A DNA stretch of 64,000 bases. Origin: Lytechinus pictus (lineage: Eukaryota). Positions 26,606 through 39,348 of this stretch are shown in pieces (within the stretch, counting starts at the first letter, position 1; the number at the start of each line of letters is the position of its first letter). Below the pieces are notes generated by a model, which had not been told where the DNA came from, made no database searches, and saw only the letters and a program-made list of their open reading frames with translations. Position numbers and translations under genes: made by a program. The stretch is taken from assembly GCF_037042905.1 (NCBI RefSeq), contig NC_087245.1, positions 35,156,001 through 35,220,000 on the forward strand. The letters run 5' to 3'.

Positions 26606-28334
26606 GAATATCGCAATAATATGAACTATGTTTGTTTACACACATACATTCCCAAAGTTAAGAACAAAATTTCTCCAAAATGTTTCCTTCTGAGAAGTGC
26701 CTACTTTATGCAGAGGTTGCAACTGAAACAAGATATAAGTGAAATGACCTTGCCTATCAAATCTGTATTTTTTTTGGTAGGAAGGTTCAGAGGCATTGTG
26801 AGGAGGCATGTATGTATGTTGCAGATACATATATCACGAAGCTGGGTGCGCTCACTCATTTGATGGAAGAAAAGTGTAACTAACAGATATATTATGATAC
26901 ATTCATGTCTGGAAATTTCAGAGGTTCCATGCTATGTGCAGGAAAGAATGTTTTTTCCATGTACACCAATCTACTCCTCTCTTTACTGTAAGTTCAATAT
27001 TTTTAATGTAACTAAATGTTTGAAAGAGCTTTATGTCAAATCCAATGCCTCTTTTGGATCATAACTCACCTAAATACCAATAACTGCTCACGCCAGACAT
27101 TCCATGTAGATGACAACATCAGGATTGGTGTCAGGTCCTTGTTTCTAGTAGAGTGGTCCTTTCATTTATGCTGGAAGATAGTTCACACAAGGGTGTGCAT
27201 CCATGCTGTACACTGAGTGACGTGACTGCAGATATAAAGTGAAAGAACAAAATATTATTCTAACAACATTTCCTGTTCATAAACATTCATCGTACTATGA
27301 AACATGTTAAGAATGAAGGCTTACATTTCGACAAATACACTGCCAGTATACGACACCATAACACTTTTCAGAGCATTTTAAATTAGAGGATATGTACCAT
27401 TACATATCCCTAAAAACGACTCAATCTTACCTGATATTTGTGGCATCTAGTTTACAAATTTGAATATATGAATATTCCAATATAATGGATTATGTTTGTT
27501 TACACACATAAATTTCCAAATTTAAGAACCAAATTTCTCCAAAATGTTTCATTCTTCTAACAGCTTACTTTATAACTGTGTAACTATATAACTGCAATCA
27601 CCTTGCCTAATCAGTAAATTTTTTGGTAGGAAGGTTCAGGGGTATCGTGAGGAGGCAGTGGGGGCAGTTGCAAAAAGAAAGAAAAACATGAAGGGAAAGA
27701 AAGAGAAATATGAATGCAAAGGGAAGAATGGTAGCATTGTGGGTATTTGGAGTTTTTTTTCTCAAAAGCATAAAAACCTAAATTAAATATCTTCTCTCTC
27801 TACTTTGATGTAGAAATGTATGTAAATTCGGTTTACAATTTGATGACACAGTATTTGCAAAATCAATTATGATACATCCACATTTTGAAACTTCAGAGGT
27901 TCAATGTTTCGTGTGAAAAGGAAATTATTCTCCCTGCACACTCATCTACTCCTCTGTTTCACAAGGTAAATATGTTTAACGTGACTAGATTTTTAAAAGA
28001 GTGTTATGTCAAACCCAATGCATCTTTTGGATCATAACTCACCTAAATATCAATAAGTGCTCACACTAGACATTCCATGTATATAATGATTTCAAGATTG
28101 GTGTCATGTCCTTGTCAGTGGTAAACTAGCTCTCTTATTTATGCTGGAAGATGGTTCACACAAGATAAGAGATGTATCCATGCTGTACACCGAGTGATAT
28201 GACTGCAGATATAAAGTGAAAGAACAAAATATTATTCTAACAAAATTTCCTTTTCAAAAACATTCATTGTACAATCAAATATTCAATTATGAAAGTATGA
28301 ATCGTCTTCCCTTTTCCTTTTAATTCATAAGAAA

Positions 28335-29496
28335 AACAAGTGGAGCGCCTCTGGCAGTCTCACCTGCATCGTGCGATTCAATATAGCAGCAGTGATGACT
28401 TTGAAAACTACTATAAAATAATTATTCACAAAAAACACCATTCATATGATAAATACTACATTCATTGACAATAAATTACATTTGACCTTGATCATGCAAC
28501 CTAAGACTTGTCAGTGATACTTGATTACCCCTATATCCACATTTTACAAACTTTAAAAATTATGACAGCAATCTAATAATTACCTCTGAAATGGCCAAAG
28601 TTCAATGACCTTTGACCATGGTCATGTGACCTGAAATTCACACAGGATGTTCAGTCATACTTGATTACTCTTCTGTCCAAGTTTCATGAATCAGATCCAT
28701 AAACTTTTAAAGTTATGATGGTAATTCAACAGATACCCCCCAACATGGCCAAAGATCATTGACCTTTGACCTTGGTCATGTGACCTGAAATTCGCACAGT
28801 GATACTTGATTACTCTTATATCCAAGTTTTATGAACTAGACCAATGAACATTCAAAGTAATGATGGTAATTCTACAAATTATACCCCCAACTTGGCCAAA
28901 GTTCAATGACCTTAAATGACGTTTGACCTTGTTCATGTGACCTGAAACTCGGACAGGAAGTTCAGTCATACTTGATTATTCTTATGTCTAAGTTTCATGA
29001 ATCAGATCCATAAACAATCAAAGTTATGATGGTAATTCAACAGATACCCCTAACTTGGCCAAAGTTCATTGACCCTAAATGACCTTTGACCTCGGTCATA
29101 TGACTTGAAACTCAGACAGGATGTTCAGTAATACTTGGTTAACCTTATGTCAAAGTTTCATGAAATAGGTCCATACATTTTGTAAGTTATGATGACATTT
29201 CAAAAACTTAACCTTATGTTAAGATTTTGATGTTATTCCCCCAACATGGTCAAGTTCATTGACCCTAAATGACCTTGGTCATGTGACCTGAAACTAAGGC
29301 AGGATGTTCAGTAATACTTGATTAACCTTATGGCCAAGTTTCATGAACTAGGTCTATATACTTTCTAGGTTATGCTGTCATTTCAAAAACTTAACCTTCG
29401 GTTAACCTTTGGTTAAGATTTGGTGTTGACGCCGCCGCCGTCGGAAAAGCGGCGCCTATAGTCTCACTCTTCTTCGCAGGACTGGTGAGACAAAAA
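28335..29496 (-). mobile_element. Non-autonomous Helentron-type (HINE/DINE-1-like) element with internal ~150-bp tandem core repeats
   Basis: On the minus strand: 5' TTTTTGTCTCACC..., a (GGC)n microsatellite, tandem cores rich in TGACCTTTGACC, then a subterminal inverted GCAGGTGAGAC and the 3' end GCCAGAGGCGCTCCACTTGTT. Inserted in a T-run with no TSD relative to sister array units. Confidence 0.8.
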
Positions 29497-31448
29497 TGTC
29501 TGCACATGTGGTCAAAGTTGGTAAGCTCCATCTTTTCTGCCACCACTCCCCATAGGCTACTTCTCCTGCTTTTCACCTTATTACTGGACAACCAATTTTT
29601 AATTCACTTTTAAAGTTACTCATTAAAAAAGATGCAGGCATAAATTAATGATAATTATAGAAATAAATAGTTTATCAGGTGCAATGAAACTTCATTCAAC
29701 GTCCTTGGCTTGTACATCCATCTCTTGTCCTGTTTTCCTAGCTTAATTTGACATTTTGAATGTCAATACAGTATGTCAATACAGTTTCTTAATCATTCAA
29801 AATGAGGGGTGAGATATAAGTCATAAAGACTTGTCCTAAATTTGATAAATCACAGAGGATTCTACAGTCTGCAGAAAAGGGGAAAATCATTCCTTGCATC
29901 ATCTCTTTGTCAATTTTCCTCTCTATTTTCTTCATCTTTAAAAATTACTAAATTTAAAAACATTGAAGGTGTTAGAAATGTATGAATTTAGTCAACAACT
30001 TGATGACACATCATTTTCGCTAAATATATTATGATACATTCATGTTTGGAAACTTCAGAGGTCATAACTCACCTAAATACCAATATCTACTCACTCCAGA
30101 CATTCCATGTAGATGATAATATTAAGATTGGTGTCATGTCCTTGTTTCTGGAAGACTGGCTCTTTCATTTCTGCTGGAAGATAGTTCACACAAGATAGGG
30201 GATGTGGCCATGTTGTACACTGAGTGATATGACTGCAGATGTAAAGTGAAAGAACAAAATATTTTTCTAACAACATTCCTTTTTTTTATCATTCATCCTA
30301 CTATGAAACGTGAAACTATGAAATGAATTAAAGCTTACATTGGGATAAATGCACTGCTGGTAGACAACACTGGAACACTTTTCAGAGCAATTTAATTCAA
30401 AGGATTTGTACCATTATATACCATTAACACCTCACAAATCTCACCTGATTTTTGTTTATAGATTTGAATATATGAATATTGCAATATAATGGATTATATA
30501 TGTTTACACACATACATTTCCAAATTTAAGAACAAAATTTCCACAAAATGTTTCCTTCTGAGAAGAGCGTACTTTATGCAGAGGTTGCAACTGAAACAAG
30601 ATATAAGTGAAATCGCCTTGCCTATTAAATCTGTATATTTTCTTTTGGTAGGAAGGTTCAGCTGCATAGTGAGGAGGCAGTGGGGGCAGTTGCAAAAAGA
30701 AAGAACATGAGGGTAAAGAAAGAGAAATATGAAAGCAGAGGGAAAATGGAAGAATGGTAGCATTGTGGGTATTTGGATTTTTTCTCAAAAGCATAAAACC
30801 CTAAATCAAACATGTTCTCTCTCTCTAATTTGATATATAAATGATCTAAAATTGGTTAACAATTTGATGACACATCATTTTTGATAATTATATTAAGATA
30901 CATTGATGTTTGGAAACTTCAGAGGTTCAACGCTATGTGCAGGAAAGAATGTCTTCTCCCTGTACACCCATCCACTCCTATGTTTCACAAGTTCAATTTG
31001 TTAAATGTAACTGTTTTAAAGAGTTTAATGTCAAATCCAATGCCTCTTTTGGATCATAACTCACCTAAATACCAATAACTGCTCACGCCAGACATTACAT
31101 GTAGATGATAATATCAAGATTGGTGTCATTTCCTTGTTTCTAGTAGAGTGGCTCTTTCATTTATGCTGGAAGATAGTTCACACAAGATAGGGGATGTATC
31201 CACGCTGTACACCGAGTGATACATGTATGACTGCATATGTAAAGTGAAAGAACAAAATATTATTTTAACAAAATTTCCTTTTGAAAAACATTCATTGTAC
31301 TATGAAACATGTAATGAATTAAGGCTTATATTTGGACTAATGCACGGCCGGTATACTTTACCAAAGCACTTTTCAGAGTGATTTGTGCCATTATATATCA
31401 TCAGCAACAACTCACAATTCTAAACCAATTTCTGTGGTATCTATTTGG

Positions 31449-31696
31449 TTTATATGACACCTAAAAATTGGTCTGCTGATTGTTACGTCATTACAACATG
31501 TGCACTGGAAACACGAGTAGTCCCTGCAGCCTGCAGTCTCGGTGCACACGTGCAATGGACAAAATCGTATGGATCCAAACTTGCACAATGGATGGATCCA
31601 AAATTGCACGGTTGATGACGTCATTGCAAAATGGGCTGAATGAACGATATCAAACATCCAAGCAAATCACAAGGATCTATCTAGGTGTCATATAAA
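31449..31696. mobile_element. ~250-bp MITE inserted in the last array unit
   Basis: 15-bp TIR TTTATATGACACCTA / TAGGTGTCATATAAA. Absent from sister units. Confidence 0.7.
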
Positions 31697-32473
31697 TTTG
31701 AATATATGAATATTGCAATATAATGGATTATGTATTTTTACACACATACATTCCCAAATTTAATAACAAAATTTCGACAAACTGTTTCCTTCTGAGCGTT
31801 TTTTATGCAGAGGTTGCAATTGAAACAAGATATAAGTGAAATCACCTTGCCTATTAAATCAGTAATTTTTTTTGGTAGGAAGGTTCAGGGGCATAGTGAG
31901 GAGGCAGTGGGGGCAGTGCAATGGCAGCATTGTGGGTATTTGGTTTTTTTTCTCAAAAGCATAAAAACCTAAATTATACATTTTCTCTCTAATTTGATAT
32001 ATAAATGTATCTAAAATTGGTTAATTTGATGACACAGTATTTGCTAAATATATTGTGACAGAATCGCTAAATCTTAAGAAGCAAAACTTACGTAACAAAC
32101 TTAGCAATTATGACGTTATAATGCACCGTTTTTTGTAGCGTCGTTAAGTAAGAAATTTCCATTGTGACGTAGCACTGGTCATGGCTACTTCTGATCAGAA
32201 ACCATTAGCAATACGCATAAATAGCGTAATTAATCAAATGCGCGCTCCATATCTTGCCCCATAAAAGTTACTTTCCATAACGAAAATTATCATTAACCTA
32301 GATAAAGATTTTGTTGTTCACGGTGCCAAGGTTACTGATATCTCTGACATATTTTGTTCTTGACAACTGTGCTAACCTTTGAAGGTATATCTCAATAAAG
32401 ATGAATTTTTGGAGCAGGAGGCTAAGAGCCTTTGTAACTTAGATATTTGTCACCAAGGGTCTCTATATGAGGC

Positions 32474-32666
32474 ATCCTTGATCTTTTATAAAGATCATAG
32501 TAGGCCCTACTGTTAGGACTTTATGTTAATTATTTTCAGATCTTATCCGATTATAGATCCTTGATCTTTTATAAAGATCATATTACTGTTAGGAATAGGA
32601 TTTAATGTTAATTATTTCAGATCTTATCTGATTATAGATCCTTGATCTTTTATAAAGATCATAGTA
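32474..32666. repeat. Local ~82-bp tandem repeat (about 2.3 copies)
   Basis: atccttgatcttttataaagatcata occurs three times. Confidence 0.8.
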
Positions 32667-33810
32667 TAGTGAGACCACTACATATCGACCACCTCTTTTG
32701 AAACCGACCACCTTCTTCACCATGTAGGTATGTTACAAAAGCGCCCTCTAGGCGTTTGCATGTGCAAGGAAAGGTTACCGGTATTCCTCATGACATCATT
32801 GTTTTTTACGTAGTTGAATGTTTACGGCAGCTGTCTATAGACTTGAAATAAAATCTCACTCGGTGATCTTGCGACTCTGTGTGCTACTGGAACTTTGGCC
32901 TTGCTTTCAACCTCTTGCTATTCATATTTACAGGTATCATCCCACTCTAAAAGGTATGCATTCCGATAGAACAACATTTCAACTACATTGTGGTGAAATT
33001 TGAAAGAAATCTACTGTACTGACGCTAAGTGTGTTTTTTACGTCCCTGTTTCGGCAGCATCTGTAATTTTTGGGAGTGTTGTTGGGCACTTCCACATGCC
33101 AATGTACGCGCATTGTTGTTTTCTATTAGTGCACCTTGGGGCCAATTAAGGTCACAACTTTTGTTTTTAAAAACAAAGGAATACATAGGCTAATAAGAAT
33201 TGAATAGGCGATTTGTATGAACTTAAAACTACCATAACTTTCTTGTTACTGGGGCTATTGAAATTAATGAGGTATTAAATAAAAGGTCTTGATGAGCTAA
33301 ATGATGCTATGAAGCAAACACCTAATTTCTCAATTTTTTTTGTAACATACCTACACCTAACCCAGGGAGCTCCAGCCTGCGAAGCGCCCAGGACTCATCC
33401 GTGTAATAGACCTTATCGCAAATAGCGTTCGTCGCGTGAGGGCGTATGTCACCGCAAAGGATCACAGGAATGAAAAAGGGAGCAAACGCGTAATCGGCTT
33501 TCGGGAAGCCATACAACGCCATATGTTTTGTGTAGTGTCACTCAAAATCCAGGCTTTTTTTAAAGTCTGATTTCTTTGTATTGAAATCATTTTGGATACT
33601 TGAATGTGGATTTATAGAACAATCTTTTTATCATGATTGCACAGTGAAATTATGAACTCAATGCTCTCAACATTTTCATAGTTTTCTGGGGCTAAATTTG
33701 GGAAGATTTTGTAAGAAAAGTGAGCATGGTGATTACGGGTCAATGGCGATTGACTTTAGAAAAGAGCACGTCGGCGATCCGAAGAGAGTCTGAGGCTATT
33801 TTTCCATTAA

Positions 33811-34418
33811 AGGATAAGTCCTCCCAACAAATAGTCCACCTGAACCAATAGAGAAAAATCCAACCAGCATAACACTGAAAATTTCATCAAAATTGGATCA
33901 TTGGATGTAAAATAAGAAAGTTATGACATTTTAAAGTTTCACTTAATTTCACAAAACAGTTATATGCACATCCTGGTCGGTATGCAAATGAGGAAACTGA
34001 TGACGTCATCCACTCACTGTTTCTTTTGTATTTTATTATATGAAATATGAAATATTCTAATTTTCTTCTCATTGTCAAATGAAACAATGATTAATTCCTC
34101 TTGAACATGTGGAATTAGCATTGTTTAATACTATATGGTTCAGTCAACTTGGTTCTTATTGTCAAATCTGTAAAAAATGAAATCCTGTATAAATCAAACA
34201 ATAAAAAACAAAAGAAATAGTGAGTGATGGACATCATCAACTGATCATTTGCATGACACTGACTTGTGAATATCACTGTTTTGTGAAAAATAAGAGAAAC
34301 TTTAAAATGCCATAACTTTCTTATTTTACATCCGATTTTGATGAAATTTTCAGCGTTATGCTAGTTTGAATTTTCTCTATTTATTCAAATGAACAATTTT
34401 CTGGGGTGGACTTGACCT
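33811..34418 (-). mobile_element. TTAA-target MITE (Kolobok-like), same family as 7701-8301
   Basis: TTAA at 33807-33810 and 34419-34422. The body is the reverse complement of 7701-8301. Confidence 0.88.
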
Positions 34419-34660
34419 TTAAAGAATATATTGATGAGCATCATAATGTAGACCATAATATATTTTATCTCCATAACTAGTAAATTTAGCTAGTTTTTGC
34501 TATTTTGGGGGAATATAGTCCTTTGCAAATGGGGCTTTTGAGTTTGATCATTGGGATTACAAGATCTATAATGTTTGATAGTGGGGGGGGGGGGGGGGGG
34601 GTGGGGGGTGAGAATCGAGGTTCGAGCGGCCGGAGTGACCAAATATAAAGTATATTTATG

Positions 34661-34726
<66 letters not shown>
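34661..34726. repeat. (TA)n microsatellite
   Basis: About 32 TA units with one interruption. Confidence 0.97.
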
Positions 34727-34730
<4 letters not shown>

Positions 34731-34739
34731 AATGCATAT

Positions 34740-35196
34740 GGGCAATTCCATAGGTTGGTGGACATGAGCTCAATGTGTCTTTGTACATATAGCCCATCTG
34801 AACCGTAACGTGAGTAACCACTTTATCTGCACCCCTAGTAAAAACCATGTGTTCTTTATTTTTTGAATTATATACAAATTTGTCTCCCTAATATTCTTCT
34901 TTGAAATGGATATAATCAACTTTGATAAAGGCCTTGTATGAGGACACTTTTCACTTATGTCCACGATTCATTTAATGCATGTCCAAATCATGTAACATGA
35001 GTAACCGACACATTTCAAAGATTTGCCAGGAGCATAATGAAATTTCCCAAGTTTTGTTTTTATACAAAGGATAGTCAGACTGCGTACTATGTTATGATAA
35101 AGAGATGTTTAGTTCCTATCAATAATAATGGAGTTACAGCTCTAAGTATGAGTCAAGGTGTCTCCAAATTTAACGTGGGTAAGCGTGGAATAGCCC
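34740..35196. mobile_element. MITE with GGGCwATTCCA TIRs flanked by AT (possibly ISL2EU-like)
   Basis: AT|GGGCAATTCCA ... TGGAATAGCCC|AT. Confidence 0.55.
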
Positions 35197-35797
35197 ATAT
35201 TAAGAAATATATATGACATGCAGAATAAAGATTAAATAAATCCCTGTATTTAATTATGATGCCATATGTCCTAGTATTCTTCATGGTCTCCCTCTAACCT
35301 CTGTGTAATTTTATTTTGTCTGAAGCAGCTGATGGATATTTCATTCATATAAATGATATATATTCCATTCTTTTAATAAAACAAATATTATTTCAAAAGT
35401 TGCATCTCCAATTAATTTCATCACTAATTATTTCTGTCACAGATCACGATCTTCATTTCATTTTTTTTTAAATTATTTTTCTCTCATCATACTTTCATCT
35501 TTTCTCACATTTTTTTTTCTATTTAAGTCATTATTTTGTCATTGCAGTATTATAAAATCTGGGGACCAGGCCACTAATAAATCCAGAATGTCCGGCCATG
35601 ATCTTGAATTACATGCAATAATTATGTATCTGTGGAGAGAAAAAGAAAACACAGATATAATATCTGAATACAATCATGATTGGGATGATTATTCATGAAA
35701 CATGTATTCTTGACAACCGATCGATAATACTAAAATATATAACTAGAATAAAGTAATCAAATCTTCTGCAGAGTTTGTTTTATTGATCATCATTTTA

Positions 35798-36025
35798 TTA
35801 TTTTCTTTGGAATTCCGGGACTTTCCTCCACCCCGCCGACGTACACCGTCCTTGGGCCGAGAGTGCCCGCAGTCCGTGCTTACAAGCACACTTTGCACAG
35901 ACACAGCTGCACAGCTCAGAATACGCACAGACAGTGCGCGAAAATGAAACAAAATTGCACTTGTCATCATAAAATCTTCATAAAATCTGTGGTGATTCTT
36001 GCAGCTATAGACAGCACATCTATCT
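35798..36025 (-). pseudogene. Putative terminal exon for a 10-Cys peptide (TIL/EGF-like tail), frameshifted by an 11-bp duplication
   Basis: Acceptor ttccattctttatgtggcag. Removing one TCATAAAATCT copy (35967-35988) gives DRCAVYSCKNHHRFYDDKCNFVSFSRTVCAYSELCSCVCAKCACKHGLRALSAQGRCTSAGWRKVPEFQRK*. Confidence 0.4.
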
Positions 36026-36146
36026 CTGCCACATAAAGAATGGAAAATTTAAATCAATTATTGTAATCATGAAGAGGATCATCGCTATAAAACAATTAAT
36101 GCGAGCGCGAAGCGCGAGCGGAAAAAAAAATCGACATTTAGACCTA

Positions 36147-37140
36147 AACAAGTGGAACGCCTCTGGCAGTCTCGCCTGCATTACGCGATTTAAATAGCGC
36201 AGCAGTGCTTACTTTGAAAACTACTATAAAATAATCATTCACAAAAACACCATTCATATAATGACATAATACCACGTTCATTGACCATAAATGACATTTG
36301 AATGGTGACTTAAGACTTGTCAACTACACCCATGTCCACATTTCATTCACTCTATCTATAAACTTTCAAAGTTATGATGGCAATTCAACAATTACCCCAA
36401 CATGGCCTAAGTTTATTGACCTTAACTGACGTTTGACCTTGGTTTTGTGACCTGAAACTCACAGGGGATGTTCAGTGATACTTGTTTACTCTTCTATCCC
36501 AAGTTTTATGAACTAGATCCATAAACTTTCAGAGTTACGATGGTAATTCAACAAATACCCCCAACACGGCCAAAGTTCATTGACCTTAAATGACCTTTGA
36601 CCATGGTCATGTGACCTGAAACTCGTACAGGATGTTCAGTGATACTTGATTACTCTTATGTCCAAGTTTTATGAACTAGATCCGTAAACTTTCAGAGTTA
36701 GGATGGTAATTTAACAAATACCCCCAACACGGCCAAAGTTCATTGACCTTAAATGACCATTGACCATGGTCATGTGACCTATAACTCGCACAGGATATTC
36801 AGTGGGACTTAATTAACCTAATGTCCAAGTTTCATGAACTAGATCTATAAATTTTCAAAGTTATGATGGTAATTCAACAAATACCCCCAACATGGTCAAA
36901 GTTCATTGACCCTAAATGACCTTTGACCTTGGTCATGTGACCTGAAACTCAGGCAGGATGTTCAGTAATACTTGATTAACCTTATGTCCAAGTTTCATGA
37001 ACTAGGTCCATAGACTTTCTAAGTTATGATGTCATTTCAAAAACTTAACCTTAGGTTAAGATTTGATGTTGACGCCGCCGCCGCCGCCGTCGGAAAAGCG
37101 GCGCCTATAGTCTCGCTCTGCTATGCAGGCGAGACAAAAA
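36147..37140 (-). mobile_element. Non-autonomous Helentron-type (HINE/DINE-1-like) element, same family as 28335-29496
   Basis: Same termini and core repeats. The empty site gacctaaaaacgg at ~39816 shows insertion into an A/T run without a TSD. Confidence 0.82.
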
Positions 37141-37849
37141 ACGGGACACTATTCATGTTTTGTATATCATGAAAAGGATGAGTAATAGGGGGTTCTTCCT
37201 ACATAAATAATGCGAGCACAAAGCACGAGCAGAATTTTGTTTTTCTGAAACTGGACAATTATTTAAATAGAGAACAAGTTGAGTATCTGAATAAGCATGC
37301 GCGCACGTGTTTCCGATTTAGACCTACAATGTAGGCATTCTGAAAACATATTTTAACATGAAAATCAAAGCGAGCGCGAAGCGCGAGCTTAAAATATTTA
37401 ACATTCCGATCTGAAAAAAAGGTCGATTTCAGCTCTACATATACTTCAAGTACTTTGTAGGAAAATTGTGAGGTGGATTTGGATCGCACTTAATAAAGAG
37501 CTGATAGATTTGACAAAGGACCGGGAAATGAAAGTGATGAATATCTTCCTATTCCTCTTGCTAAGCGCGAGATCAGACAGAAAGGACAATTGAACCTTTA
37601 AATTAATATCTCATCTATTAATGCGCAATGAGGCGCCAAATCTGATGATATTATGGCATGAAAACTGGAAATTTCAAGCACTTTTGTAATTATGAATAGG
37701 ATGCATCAGGTTATATTTTTAACCATTAATGCGAGCGCAAATCGCGAGCTGAAATTTTTATAAGGCCAAGTCACAAGGATTACCCTCCTTTTAACTGCCA
37801 TTATCAATATGTTACTACATTATAATCATGTCTATACTATGCATTAAAT

Positions 37850-38260
37850 TCTGTGAATCCCATAATCTTGAACCATTAATGCTTCTTTCTTTGACCCATG
37901 CTATTTCTGCCCATATATCTCTTGAGTGTTTTTTTCTCTCTCTCTCAAGGTGTGTGTGGCACATTGAGGAGTATAGAAGCATGTTGGAGATATTGAAAGG
38001 GGTAGAATAATTATGTTAAGAATTGAATGAAATTTACGAATGGGAGAGAAGGGGGGGGGGCGGGGGCAAAGATGTTGAGACAGAAAGGGGTTTGAGAGAA
38101 AAGAGGGGAATTAACTAAAGGAACAGCAGTCAGGAGAGGGAAAGAGAGGGGGAAGGAAATCGAAGGAAGACATGCATACGATAAAAGAGTCCTCGTAGAA
38201 AGAGTGAGAGAGAGAGAGGAGGAGGAGGAAATGGAACGAGATAAGAAAGAAGTAGTAGTG
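37850..38260 (+). repeat. Dispersed repeat, direct partner at ~60220-60630
   Basis: Shared aatcttgaac.attaatgc and ttggagatattgaaag...atgttaagaat.gaatgaaatt blocks followed by a purine-rich tract. Confidence 0.7.
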
Positions 38261-38293
38261 CAGGGGCGGATCTATCGCCAATAAGGGGGGGGG

Positions 38294-38701
38294 GGTTGCC
38301 AATTCGTCTGTTGCCAATTCGTCTACGGCCAACTCGTCCACTCACTACATGGCAGGCCTGCTACATGGTCTATTTTAATTTAGTCTAATGCCAATCTGTC
38401 CATCAACATTTCGTCTAACAGCCATTGGTCCATTAACCAATTGGTCCAATCATCACTTCGTCTAATAACCATCTCGTCTATGACCATTAATTTTAGTCTC
38501 ATAACCGGTTGGTCTAATACCCATTTTACATTTTGCACAATTAGCACTTATAGCCCAATTAGATAAAATGGTATATGGACCAAATGGCTGTTGGGTCCAC
38601 TGGTCATTAGACGGAATGGCATTAGACTAAATGACAAAAGACTATGTGGTGAGTGGATGAACTGATGGACCAAACGATAGTAGACAAATTGGAAATAAAC
38701 C
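38294..38701. mobile_element. MITE with long imperfect TIRs built of short ccaattcgtc/gacgaattgg subrepeats
   Basis: Left arm ccaactcgtccactcactacat and right arm atgtggtgagtggatgaactg; the orientation of the subrepeats flips near 38540. Confidence 0.6.
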
Positions 38702-38772
38702 GCGGAAGGGGCCTAAAAATATTTGCACCCATATTTTCCACAATCAGCCACTCAAAGTTGATAGGGGTAGTC

Positions 38773-39348
38773 CCCGGGGGGGCCACTTCCATTGACGAGT
38801 GGATACCATGCGCGACCAAGGGGTCTCGAAAAGCACCCTAAACACGTATTTTCCAAATTCTGAAAATGCACCCCTTAACAAGTATTGGCGTCTGAAACCC
38901 TACCCTTAACAAGTATTGGAAACAAAACGATACTCTTGGCAAGTATTCCCTGAAATGAACCCCTAAACAAGTACAGCGATATTTGATTGTTATGTCACGA
39001 GTCCATCGGTCGTCGGTTTTACCTTTACAGTTTACACACCATTTGGTTTAGTATGGCCCCAGCTTCCACACCTCGCGCAAATCGGACTCTAAACACGTAG
39101 TGTATGGGGCAAAAAGGACATCCTTTATAAAACATTTTAATTTTGTTTATCATATCCCCGCAAATTTGACCCTAAACACGTACTAGCTTTCCTAGCGAAA
39201 AAGATACCCTTTTTTCATTATTTTTGTGTTTTTGACACCCTTATCACGTTACGTACGTAACGTGCCCTATCTTGAAAAAGACATCCTTTTTACGTGTTTT
39301 TTTGGTCGCGCATGGTATCCACTCGTCAATGTAAGTGGCCCCCCCGGG
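38773..39348 (+). mobile_element. Full-length CCCGGG-ended MITE (576 bp)
   Basis: ~47-bp TIRs (CCCGGGGGGGCCACTT.CATTGACGAGTGGATACCATGCGCGACCAA). TSD GGGTAGTC at 38765-38772 and 39349-39356, which is 8 bp if the end is CCCGGG as in the 14620 copy. Confidence 0.92.

Larger units (their letters stand above)
18870..32055 (-). repeat. 13-kb array of ~11 diverged modular units (~0.9-1.6 kb) carrying minus-strand exon-like segments
   Basis: The core block (gaaacttcagaggttc...ggatcataactcacctaaatacc...gactgcagatgtaaagtgaaag) ends near 19040, 20025, 21555, 22480, 23490, 24470, 25805, 27225, 28205, 30235 and 31230. It is interleaved with two alternative spacer modules. Confidence 0.92.

Noticed and set aside
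19687..31078. Plus-strand ORFs of the IMIHSCLETSEVQRY type repeated in the array
   Set aside because: Start, stop and frame differ among units, and the splice signals point to the opposite strand.
19660..31270. Box C/D snoRNA cluster in the large array (TGATGA motifs)
   Set aside because: Box C-like and CTGA motifs are not jointly conserved at a suitable spacing across units on either strand.
33374..33798. Possible Academ-like element (cagcctgcg ... gaggcta ends)
   Set aside because: No matching target-site duplication and only weak terminal similarity.
34486..34848. ORFs containing YIYIYI runs
   Set aside because: Artefacts of the (TA)n microsatellite and a poly-G tract.
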